Shown: piece by piece, positions 49,642 to 57,896 of the stretch
Layout of the letters: each line of letters opens with the position of its first letter
Numbering within the stretch: position 1 is the stretch's first letter
NCBI GenBank assembly: GCA_036498945.1
Contig: DASYEQ010000008.1
Span: 50,923 to 114,922, forward strand
Reading direction: 5' to 3'
Origin: Burkholderiales bacterium
GTDB lineage: Bacteria > Pseudomonadota > Gammaproteobacteria > Burkholderiales > JAEUOS01
DNA length: 64,000 bases
The notes under the pieces: generated by a model
Told to the model about the DNA's origin: nothing
Databases searched by the model: none
What the model saw: only the letters and a program-made list of their open reading frames with translations
Translations under genes and position numbers: made by a program

Positions 49642-51842
49642 ACCCGATCATCGGCCAGGCGCTGGACCGCGCCGACGGTCCCGCCAAGGTCACCGGCGCC
49701 GCGCAATACGCGGGCGATTTTTCCGCGCCCGGCATGGCCTACGCCGTGCTGGTGCAAAGCACGATTCCGCGCGGGCGCATCACAGGCATTGCCGCCGAAG
49801 CGGCGCAACGCGCGCCCGGCGTGCTCTACGTGATGACGCACCTGAATGCCCCGCGCCTGCCGCAGGGTGGCAAGGCCGCATTCGGCCCGCCCGCCGGGCG
49901 CATGCTGTCATTGTTGCAGGAGCCTGACATCCATTACAACGGCCAGCCGGTCGCGGTGGTGGTGGCCGACACCTTCCAGCATGCGCAGGCGGCCGCCGCG
50001 CAACTGCGCGTCAGCTATGAGCGCCAGGGCGCGGTGCTCGATTTTGCTGCTGCGAAACGCTCCGCCTATCCACCCAAGCAGGCCAACCGCGAACCCGCCG
50101 ACGCTGCCTGGGGAGACCCCGCGGGCGGCATGAAGCGCGCCGCTACCAAGGTGGATTATGTCTACACGACGCCGATGCAGACCCACAACCCGATGGAGCC
50201 GCACGCCACCATGGCGAGCTGGCAGGGCGACCAACTGGTGATCTACGACGCCACCCAGGGTATTTCCGGCGTGCGCAAGACGGTCTCGAAAACCCTGGGC
50301 ATCGACCCGGCGAAGGTGCGCGTGATCTCGCCTTACGTCGGCGGCGGCTTCGGCTGCAAAGGCTCGGTGTGGTCGCATGTGGTGCTCACCGCCATGGCTG
50401 CGCGCGTGTTGCGGCGGCCGGTGCGCCTGGTGCTGGCGCGGCCGCAGATGTTCGGCCCGGTCGGCGGGCGGCCGCTCACCGAGCAGCACGTAGCGCTGGG
50501 TGCCGCCGGCGACGGGCGCTTTACCGCGATTCGCCACGATTCGATCTCCCACACCTCGGTGATGGAGGATTTCGTCGAACCTTCGGCGGTGCAGACGCGC
50601 ATGCTCTACGCCACCGACAACGCCTCGACCACGCATCGCCTGGTCAAGCTCAATGTCGGCGTGCCGACCTTCCAGCGCGCCCCGGGCGAAGCCACCGGCA
50701 CCTTCGCGCTGGAGTCGGCGCTCGACGAGCTGTCTTACGCGCTCAACCTCGACCCGATCGAGCTACGCCTGCGCAACTACGCCGAGAACGATCCGCACGA
50801 GGGCAAGCCCTTTTCCAGCAAGTCCCTGCGCGAGTGCTATCGCGCCGGCGCCGAGCGTTTCGGCTGGAGCCGGCGGCCGCGCCAGGCGGGCGGCTGGCGC
50901 GAGGGCAACGAACTGGTTGGCTGGGGCATGGCCACCGCGACCTATCCGGCACGTGGCCAGCCGGCCTCCGCCAGCGCCAAAATCCTCTCCGACGGCACCG
51001 CCGTGGTGCGCAGCGGCACCCAGGACATCGGCACCGGCACCTACACCGTGATGGCGCAGGTGGCGGCCGAAACACTGGGGCTGCCGATCGAGCGCGTGCG
51101 TTTCGAACTGGGCGACTCCACCATGCCGGAGGCGCCGGTTTCCGGCGGCTCGACCACGGTGGCGAGCGTCTCGCCGGCGGTGCAGGCCGCTTGTGCGCAG
51201 GCGCGCGCGAAACTGATCGAGGCCGCGGTTGCGCCCGGCGGGCCGCTGGCAGGCATGGCGCCGGCCGATGTGGTGGCCGACAACGGCTGGCTGGCGCCGC
51301 GTGCCGATCCGGCGCGGCGCATCTCGTATGCGCGCGCGGTCGATGGACGCGGCGCCATCGAGGGCAGGGCGGACACCAGGCCGGGCGAAGACGTCAAGCA
51401 ATACTCGATGCATTCCTTCGGCGCCGTGTTCGTCGAGGCGCGCGTGGACCGCGACCTCGGGCGCATCCGCGTGCCGCGCGTGGTCGGCGCCTATGGCGTC
51501 GGCCGGCGCCTGAACGAGAAGACGGCGCGCAGCCAGTTGATGGGCGGTATCGTCTGGGGCCTGTCGATGGCGCTGTTCGAGGAGAGCCAGCTCGATTTGG
51601 CCAGTGGGCGCTTCGTCAATGCCAATCTCGCCGAGTACCACGTGCCGGTGAATGCCGACGTCGGCGAAATCGAGGTGCTGTTCGTCGACGAGGTGGATAC
51701 GCACATCAACCCCTTGGGCGCCAAGGGCATCGGCGAAATCGGCATCACCGGGATGAGCGCGGCTGTCGCCAATGCGGTGTATCACGCGACGAGAAAGCGC
51801 GTGCGTGATTTGCCGATCACGCTGGACAAACTGCTTGCCTGA
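49638..51842 (+). CDS. Aldehyde oxidoreductase molybdopterin-binding subunit (PaoC/YagR-like)
   Basis: 734 aa, xanthine dehydrogenase family large subunit (GGGFG motif, ...QDIGTGTYT..., C-terminal GAKGIGEIG). It forms an ATGA overlap with the FAD subunit gene. Confidence 0.9.
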   Translation: MNPIIGQALDRADGPAKVTGAAQYAGDFSAPGMAYAVLVQSTIPRGRITGIAAEAAQRAPGVLYVMTHLNAPRLPQGGKAAFGPPAGRMLSLLQEPDIHYNGQPVAVVVADTFQHAQAAAAQLRVSYERQGAVLDFAAAKRSAYPPKQANREPADAAWGDPAGGMKRAATKVDYVYTTPMQTHNPMEPHATMASWQGDQLVIYDATQGISGVRKTVSKTLGIDPAKVRVISPYVGGGFGCKGSVWSHVVLTAMAARVLRRPVRLVLARPQMFGPVGGRPLTEQHVALGAAGDGRFTAIRHDSISHTSVMEDFVEPSAVQTRMLYATDNASTTHRLVKLNVGVPTFQRAPGEATGTFALESALDELSYALNLDPIELRLRNYAENDPHEGKPFSSKSLRECYRAGAERFGWSRRPRQAGGWREGNELVGWGMATATYPARGQPASASAKILSDGTAVVRSGTQDIGTGTYTVMAQVAAETLGLPIERVRFELGDSTMPEAPVSGGSTTVASVSPAVQAACAQARAKLIEAAVAPGGPLAGMAPADVVADNGWLAPRADPARRISYARAVDGRGAIEGRADTRPGEDVKQYSMHSFGAVFVEARVDRDLGRIRVPRVVGAYGVGRRLNEKTARSQLMGGIVWGLSMALFEESQLDLASGRFVNANLAEYHVPVNADVGEIEVLFVDEVDTHINPLGAKGIGEIGITGMSAAVANAVYHATRKRVRDLPITLDKLLA

Positions 51843-51948
51843 GCAGGTATGGCGCTTGCACTGATCTAGCCATGCCGCCGCCCGAATCGTCGCGGGCGGT
51901 GGCGCGAGAGGCCCGATTTACCGGGCATCCGCTTTCAAGGAGACCCTC

Positions 51949-52617
51949 ATGACTATTTCACTGCATAAATTGCTGGCCCTCAGCGCCGCCGCCATGGCTA
52001 CGTTGGCATTCAGTCCCGCTTATGCTGCTGGCGCCGCGGGTGGTGTCGCTGGTGGTGCTGGTGCGGCGGCGGGTGGCGGCGTTGCCGCTGCTTCCGCCGG
52101 TGCGGCGGGCGCCGCCGGCGCACCTAGCGGCGGGAATTCGCCGATTGGCAACGGCTTCGCCGGCGGCAATATGGCGGTCAATGGCGGCACCGGCGTTTCC
52201 GCCGGCCTGCCCAGCACCAACCCCACCAGCATCACCGGCTCAAGTGCTGCCGCCGCGCCGACTGCGCAGGGCGTGCGGCCCAACGGTTCGGTGCCGGGCA
52301 CGGTGGACCTGAGCGGCTCGAATGCCGCTGCGGCAACGACGGCCTCCGCGCAGCCCCTGGAGATCACCGGCAGCGGGCCGAACGCCCTGCAACCCGCCGT
52401 GCCGACCCTGCCTAATAGTGCCAACGCCAACGCCACCGTGGCCCCCAACGGCATGATCACCGGCACCAACGCCGGCGCGACCTCGACCACGCAAAACGGC
52501 GTCACCGTCACCCCCGCGCCGGGGATGCGGTCCAACGGTAGCGCGGTCGGCAGCGTTGACCTGACGCCGAATGCGGACGTTCCGGGCACCACGGTGTCCA
52601 CTACCGGCGCGCAATAA
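51949..52617 (+). CDS. Secreted low-complexity Gly/Ala/Thr/Asn-rich protein
   Basis: SD AAGGAG, signal peptide MTISLHKLLALSAAAMATLAFSPAYA|AG, and its own terminator downstream. There is no recognisable domain. An internal repeat G[VM]R[PS]NGS..G[ST]VDL..NA occurs at about aa 108-125 and 192-209. Confidence 0.65.
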   Translation: MTISLHKLLALSAAAMATLAFSPAYAAGAAGGVAGGAGAAAGGGVAAASAGAAGAAGAPSGGNSPIGNGFAGGNMAVNGGTGVSAGLPSTNPTSITGSSAAAAPTAQGVRPNGSVPGTVDLSGSNAAAATTASAQPLEITGSGPNALQPAVPTLPNSANANATVAPNGMITGTNAGATSTTQNGVTVTPAPGMRSNGSAVGSVDLTPNADVPGTTVSTTGAQ

Positions 52618-52635
52618 CCTGCCCGCATGCCGAAG

Positions 52636-52665
52636 AGCCGCGGCCTGGCCGCGGCTTTTTGTTTT
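52636..52665 (+). terminator. Intrinsic terminator
   Basis: AGCCGCGGC-ctg-GCCGCGGCT followed by ttttgtttt. Confidence 0.85.
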
Positions 52666-52774
52666 CCCCGGGGGCACGGGCGACATTGTGTATGCTTGCG
52701 CTCCCGCAAGCTTAATCAGGACAGGAAATGCAGCAACAGCAGCAACATGGCGCCGCCCGGAAGGAGTACGGGCG

Positions 52775-54805
52775 ATGAGCGATGCCATGCAGCGCGCCCG
52801 CGAATTGTTCACCGCCGCACTGGCGCGCCATGTGGAAAAGGACCATGCGGGGGCCGAAGATCTGTATCGCCAGGCTTTGCAACTGGCGCCGGGGCGGCCC
52901 AGCATCGTGTTCAACCTCGGGCGCTTGATGCTCGACGAAGGGCGCCTGGAGGAAGCCGAAGCCCTGTTCCGCGAAGTGGTGGCACAGGCGCCCGATCACG
53001 AGGCGTATTTCAATCTCGGCCTGGCGCTGGCCGGCCGGGGGCGCTTCGAAGACGCGCTTGCGCCTTATGAACAAGCCATCGCGCAAGCGCCGGAATTCGC
53101 GCCCGCGCAGGCGGCGCGCGGCTGGGCGCTGGAGCAGCTAGTGCGCTTGTCGGAGGCGCTGCTTTGCCACGCGCGCAGCGTCGAACTGGCCCCCGACAAT
53201 GCCGAATACCAGGGGAGCTTTTGCCGCTGCGCCGGGCAACTGGCCGAATTCGACGCGCAAGCAGCGGCGACTCACGAGACCGCGGTGCTGATCTGCCTGA
53301 AAGGCGGCAACGTCGATCATCAGCAATTGCAGCAGCTGGTGTTGAGCCTGCTGCGGCGACGCTTCGCGCGCCTGCGCGAGCAGATGGAGGCGGCCGATTT
53401 CGACTGGGCGCGGGTGGCGCAGGCGGCGCCGCAGGAACTGCGCGCGTTTTGCGGCGACTGGCTGCTGCTGGGTGCACTGGAGAAGATTTCCCTAACGGAC
53501 TATTCCAGCGAAGCATTTTTCACCGGCCTGCGCCGCGGCCTGCTGCGCCTGGTGCTGGCCGGCCCGGTTGACGAAGCGCTGGCGCCGCCGGTCACCGGCA
53601 TCGCCATGCTGCTGGCCTGCCAGTGCTTTCTTAACGAGTACGTGTGGGATGTGCGCGAAGACGAGGCGCGGCAGGCAGCCACGCTGCTGGCGCGGGTCGA
53701 GGGCGGCATGGGCGGGGCCGGCCTGAGCGACCTGCATTTCGCCGTGCTCGGCTGCTACCAGGCGCTATGCCAGCGCGAGGCGCTGGCGCAATGGCTGATG
53801 GGCGGCCTGTCCCGCGTGGGCACGGTGGCGCGGCGCACGCTGCAAATGCAGGTGGCCGAGCCGCTGGCGGAAGCGGCCATCGCGCGCGAATTGCCGGAGA
53901 TGGCGCCTATCCATGACGGCACTTCGCTGGCGGTGAAGGCGCAGTACGAAGAAAACCCGTATCCGCGCTGGCTGACGCTGCCGCGCGTCGCCCCCTTGCC
54001 TTACATCGAGCACGTGCGGCGCGATATCGCGCCGCATCAGCCGACGCTCGCGGCTGCCACGCAAAATCCGCAGATCCTCATCGCCGGCTGCGGCACCGGG
54101 CGCCACGCGCTCCTCTACGCGCGTGCGTTCGCCGGGGCGCGCATCACCGCCATCGACCTTTCCGGCGCCAGCCTGGCCTACGCGTTGCGCAAGGCGCAGG
54201 AGATGGGCGTGACCAATGTGCGCTTCCTGCGCGGCGACATCCTCGATCTGGATGCGCTGGAGGGGCAGTTCGATGTCGTCTCCAGCATCGGCGTCCTGCA
54301 CCACATGGCCGATCCCGAAGCGGGCCTGGCGGCATTGTTGCGGCGCCTGCGCCCGCAAGGCTACCTGATGCTCGGGCTGTATAGCGAGCTGGCGCGGCGC
54401 CAGATCGTCCGCGTGCGCGCGCAGATTGCCGCCCAGGACCTTCCCGCCACCCCCGAAGGCATTCGTGCCTGCCGTGCCTGGATGCGCGCGCAGCCGGAGG
54501 GCGAATTCACCCGCCTGATGCGCGACGCCACCGACTTCTACTCGACCTCGATGGTGCGCGACCTGCTGTTCCACGTGCAGGAGCGGCGCTACACGGTGCC
54601 GCAATTGCGCGACATGCTGGCGCGCCACAAGCTCGAATTCATGGGCTTCGCCACCGGCCACGAGATGCGCATCAAGGCGCTGTACCGCGAGAACTTCCCC
54701 AAGGACGAGGCGATGCTCGACCTGGCGCAATGGGACGCACTGGAGCAGGACCATCCGGACCTGTTCCGTGGCATGTACCAGTTCTGGGTGCGGCCGCAGG
54801 CGTAA
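52775..54805 (+). CDS. TPR-repeat protein fused to a class I SAM-dependent methyltransferase
   Basis: ATG at 52775 behind AAGGAG. It has N-terminal TPRs (about aa 1-170), a middle region of unknown function, then QYEENPYPRW and SAM motif I ILIAGCGTGRHAL with the post-I/II motifs. Confidence 0.82.
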   Translation: MSDAMQRARELFTAALARHVEKDHAGAEDLYRQALQLAPGRPSIVFNLGRLMLDEGRLEEAEALFREVVAQAPDHEAYFNLGLALAGRGRFEDALAPYEQAIAQAPEFAPAQAARGWALEQLVRLSEALLCHARSVELAPDNAEYQGSFCRCAGQLAEFDAQAAATHETAVLICLKGGNVDHQQLQQLVLSLLRRRFARLREQMEAADFDWARVAQAAPQELRAFCGDWLLLGALEKISLTDYSSEAFFTGLRRGLLRLVLAGPVDEALAPPVTGIAMLLACQCFLNEYVWDVREDEARQAATLLARVEGGMGGAGLSDLHFAVLGCYQALCQREALAQWLMGGLSRVGTVARRTLQMQVAEPLAEAAIARELPEMAPIHDGTSLAVKAQYEENPYPRWLTLPRVAPLPYIEHVRRDIAPHQPTLAAATQNPQILIAGCGTGRHALLYARAFAGARITAIDLSGASLAYALRKAQEMGVTNVRFLRGDILDLDALEGQFDVVSSIGVLHHMADPEAGLAALLRRLRPQGYLMLGLYSELARRQIVRVRAQIAAQDLPATPEGIRACRAWMRAQPEGEFTRLMRDATDFYSTSMVRDLLFHVQERRYTVPQLRDMLARHKLEFMGFATGHEMRIKALYRENFPKDEAMLDLAQWDALEQDHPDLFRGMYQFWVRPQA

Positions 54806-54820
54806 GTGCCGCGGGCAGGG

Positions 54821-55438
54821 TCAGCGCCCTTGCGTGGCGCTGACCGGATTGACGCTGGCCGCCGTCACGTTCCATAGCGCCAGCACCGGCGCGTCGAAAT
54901 GGTGCTCGTCGATGGCCAGGACGCTCAAGGATGCGGTGGAAAGTTGCAGGTGCCGCGCCTCGACCAGCGGCCATTCAAGCCAGCGAGCCGCCAGGCTCAC
55001 GCCCAGGTGACCGTGGGTGAACAGCGCGATATTGCCTTCAAGCGTGCGCAGGCGCGCGATCAATCCGTCGACACGCAATGCCAGCTGCGCCGGCGTTTCA
55101 CCGTTCGGGCAGCCGTCGCGAAAGATCAGCCAGTCGGGCCGGTCGCGGCGGATGTCGGCGGAGCGCAAGCCTTCGTAGTCGCCGTAATTCCACTCGGCAA
55201 GACCCTCTTCAACCCGCGCCTGCGCACCCAGTCCCGCCAGTTCGCAGGTGCGCCGTGCGCGCTGGCGCGGGCTGGTGAAAACATGATCGAAGCGGATGCC
55301 GGCGAGCAATGGCGCGAGCGCGCGTGCCTGCGCCTCGCCGTTGGCAGTCAGCGCGATATCGGTGCGCCCGGTGTGCTGGCCGGACAGCGACCACTCGGTT
55401 TCGCCGTGGCGGATCAGGTGAACGCGCGGTGCGCTCAT
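54821..55438 (-). CDS. Histidine phosphatase family protein (PGM/SixA-like)
   Basis: ATG at 55438 gives MSAPRVHLIRHGETEWS (RHG catalytic motif), with a later TSPRQRARRT and a C-terminal FTHGH. It forms an ATGA overlap with the aldolase stop. Confidence 0.85.
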   Translation of the reverse strand: MSAPRVHLIRHGETEWSLSGQHTGRTDIALTANGEAQARALAPLLAGIRFDHVFTSPRQRARRTCELAGLGAQARVEEGLAEWNYGDYEGLRSADIRRDRPDWLIFRDGCPNGETPAQLALRVDGLIARLRTLEGNIALFTHGHLGVSLAARWLEWPLVEARHLQLSTASLSVLAIDEHHFDAPVLALWNVTAASVNPVSATQGR

Positions 55439-56457
55439 GCCCGTTCCAGCGCTTCGCTGTATTCGCCGCGGCGCGCGGCGGCGTTCAGGCGCGCGCGATG
55501 CACCAGGGCCTTTTGCGCCGCCGCCACGTTCGCCGCCTCGCCGTGCCAGATCTCCATCGCCGGCTGCTGGATGGCGCGCGCGAAGGAAAAGGTCAGGGCC
55601 CAGGGCAGGCGCCCGCGGAAATCGGCATTCATCGCGTTGAGATGTTCGGAAGCGCGCTGCGGCGATTGCCCGCCGGAGAGAAAGGCGACGCCGGGCACCG
55701 CCGCCGGCACCGTGCGCAGCAGGCATTGCACGGTGGCGGCGGCGGTCTCCTGCACCGAAGGCTGCTGCGGGCAGTCCTGCCCGGCCACCACCATGTTCGG
55801 CTTGAGCAGCATGCCTTCGAGCGCGACGCGCTGCCGGTTCAACTCGCGAAACACCATGCGCAGCGCCGCTTCGGTGACCACCGCGCAGCGCGCCAGCGTG
55901 TGCTCGCCGTCCATCAGCACCTCAGGCTCGATGATCGGCACCAGCCCGGCCTCCTGGCACAAGCCGGCGTAGCGCGCCAGCGCGTGCGCGTTGGCCTCCA
56001 GGCAGCCGCGCGTGGGAATGCCCTCGCCGATGGTGATCACCGCGCGCCATTTGGCGAAGCGCGCGCCCATCTTCACGTATTCGGCGATACGCTCACGCAG
56101 GCCGTCCAGGCCTTCGGTCACCTTTTCTCCCGGATGCCCCGCCAGGTTTTTGGCACCGGCGTCTAGCTTGATGCCGGGGATGATGCCCGCGTCCCGCAGC
56201 GCCTGCGCGAACGGCGTGCCGTCCTGTTTGGTCTCGCGGATGGTCTCGTCGTAGAGGATGGCGCCGCTGACGGCGTCCGACAGGCCGGGCGCGGTGACGA
56301 TCATCTCGCGGTAGGCCTGGCGCATTTCCACGGTCTGCGCAATGCCCAGTTCGGCGAAGCGCTTGTTGCAGGTGGGGTTGCTTTCATCCATCGCCAGCAG
56401 CCCCTTGCCGCCGGCCATCAGGTCGCGGGCGGTTTGCGTAAGCAGCTTGATATCCAT
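55435..56457 (-). CDS. Class I (Schiff-base) fructose-bisphosphate aldolase
   Basis: ATG at 56457 behind AGGAGG. 340 aa, with LAMDESNPTCNKRF, IIPGIKLD, ARFAKWR, and the Schiff-base lysine context MLLKPNMV. Confidence 0.9.
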   Translation of the reverse strand: MDIKLLTQTARDLMAGGKGLLAMDESNPTCNKRFAELGIAQTVEMRQAYREMIVTAPGLSDAVSGAILYDETIRETKQDGTPFAQALRDAGIIPGIKLDAGAKNLAGHPGEKVTEGLDGLRERIAEYVKMGARFAKWRAVITIGEGIPTRGCLEANAHALARYAGLCQEAGLVPIIEPEVLMDGEHTLARCAVVTEAALRMVFRELNRQRVALEGMLLKPNMVVAGQDCPQQPSVQETAAATVQCLLRTVPAAVPGVAFLSGGQSPQRASEHLNAMNADFRGRLPWALTFSFARAIQQPAMEIWHGEAANVAAAQKALVHRARLNAAARRGEYSEALERA

Positions 56458-56522
56458 GACGCCTCCTGTGCAAAGAATACAGTGTAGGACAGGGGCGGCG
56501 CAGCGTGGTTCCAGGCCGCGCT

Positions 56523-57896
56523 TCAGCGCAGCATGAAGGTTTCGTACTCCAGGCTTTCCAGCTTGCGGCTCAGGAACCAGGTGCCGGCCAGCACCGACAC
56601 CAGCATGGCCAGCGCAAAGCCGTAGCCGTACCACGCGGGGCCCAGGCGCAGCGAGGCGGCGGTGAAGACGACGTTGGCGACCAGCAGGGTGACGGTGAGC
56701 CACACCACCGCGCGGCGCTGGTCGAGGTAGAACAGCACGTTGAGAATGCCCAGCATCACCACCTGCAGGCCGGCGCCGACCACGTCGATGAACAGCAGCG
56801 GCAGGTAAAGGGTGGAGATGCCCATCCATTGCAGGAACTGTTCGCCCAGCAGGAACACCACCAGCACGGTGATCGCCTGGATCTTGGCGATGTCGAACAG
56901 GCCGCGCTGCACGTAATACACCATGTGGTTGCGCATGCGCTCGATGAATTCCAGGGTGGCGCCTTCGCGCACCGCGTCGTAGAACTTCATGTAGTACTCG
57001 ACGAAATCGGTCTCGATGCGCACCAGGAACACCGCCATGCCGGGAATCACGGTGAGGTAGGCGAAAAAGATCGGGATGTCGTAGATCACCGAGGCCCGCA
57101 AGGGACCGATCACCGCCTCGCTGGTGATCGGGGTGTACCAGAACATCAGCTTGTCGATCCACACCCCGAGGTTGAAACAGAAGCCTGTCACCATCAGGCT
57201 CCTGTACATCGCGCCTTTTTCCCAGATGTCGAAGGCGATCAGGCGGTCGGAATGGTGGTGCCGGTAGATCAGCCAGATCATGCCCACCAGCAGCAGGAAG
57301 TGCCCCAGCACGAAGCCCAGCAGCAGGCCTTCCATGTTGTAGACGTAGCGGAACAGCAGCGCGAACACCAGCGTGGCGAGGTAGCCCAGGAAAAAGATCA
57401 CCACGATCGCCTTGTAGTGCTTCATGCCGGTGAGGAACACGGTGGCGATCCAGATCGCCGACATGATGGCCATGCCGGCGACGAACAGCAGGCGGTACAG
57501 CACCGTCTGCTGCGGAAACAGGAACAGCGCCACGGGCAGCGCCAGCAGGATGCTCAGGTTCAGCGCAACGAACAGCAGGCCGTTGAAGTTCGGCAGGATG
57601 GCGGCCTCGTCCTTGGCGAAAATGCGGTCGGCGACAAAGCGGGTGAAGGAAAGCTGCACGGTGCCGGTGACCACCAGCGAGCAGAGGAAAAGATAGGTGA
57701 CCGTCACCTGGAACTGCGTGATCAGGGCGTTGGGCACCACGATGGCGACCGACATGACGCCCACCAGCAGGATGCCGACGATCGACAGCACCCACGGGCC
57801 GGAACTGATGATGCCGGCGTAGGCGTAGGCCTGCAAGAGCCCCGTATAGGAGCGCTTGACCAGCAGCTTCCTCAGCTCGAAGCCGATGCCTGCCAT
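56523..57896 (-). CDS. pelG: Pel polysaccharide export/biosynthesis membrane protein PelG
   Basis: ATG at 57896 gives MAGIGFELRKLLVKRSYTGLLQAYAYAG..., the characteristic PelG N-terminus. It is 457 aa, about 12 TM, and overlaps pelF by 25 nt. Confidence 0.88.
   Translation of the reverse strand: MAGIGFELRKLLVKRSYTGLLQAYAYAGIISSGPWVLSIVGILLVGVMSVAIVVPNALITQFQVTVTYLFLCSLVVTGTVQLSFTRFVADRIFAKDEAAILPNFNGLLFVALNLSILLALPVALFLFPQQTVLYRLLFVAGMAIMSAIWIATVFLTGMKHYKAIVVIFFLGYLATLVFALLFRYVYNMEGLLLGFVLGHFLLLVGMIWLIYRHHHSDRLIAFDIWEKGAMYRSLMVTGFCFNLGVWIDKLMFWYTPITSEAVIGPLRASVIYDIPIFFAYLTVIPGMAVFLVRIETDFVEYYMKFYDAVREGATLEFIERMRNHMVYYVQRGLFDIAKIQAITVLVVFLLGEQFLQWMGISTLYLPLLFIDVVGAGLQVVMLGILNVLFYLDQRRAVVWLTVTLLVANVVFTAASLRLGPAWYGYGFALAMLVSVLAGTWFLSRKLESLEYETFMLR

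Noticed and set aside
56458-56522. LexA/SOS-box-like CTGT...ACAG (minus strand, ctgtattctttgcacag) upstream of the class I aldolase gene.
   Set aside because: The spacer is 9 nt rather than the 8 nt of the CTGT-N8-ACAG consensus. The flanking bases do not match, and there is no SOS-related gene context.
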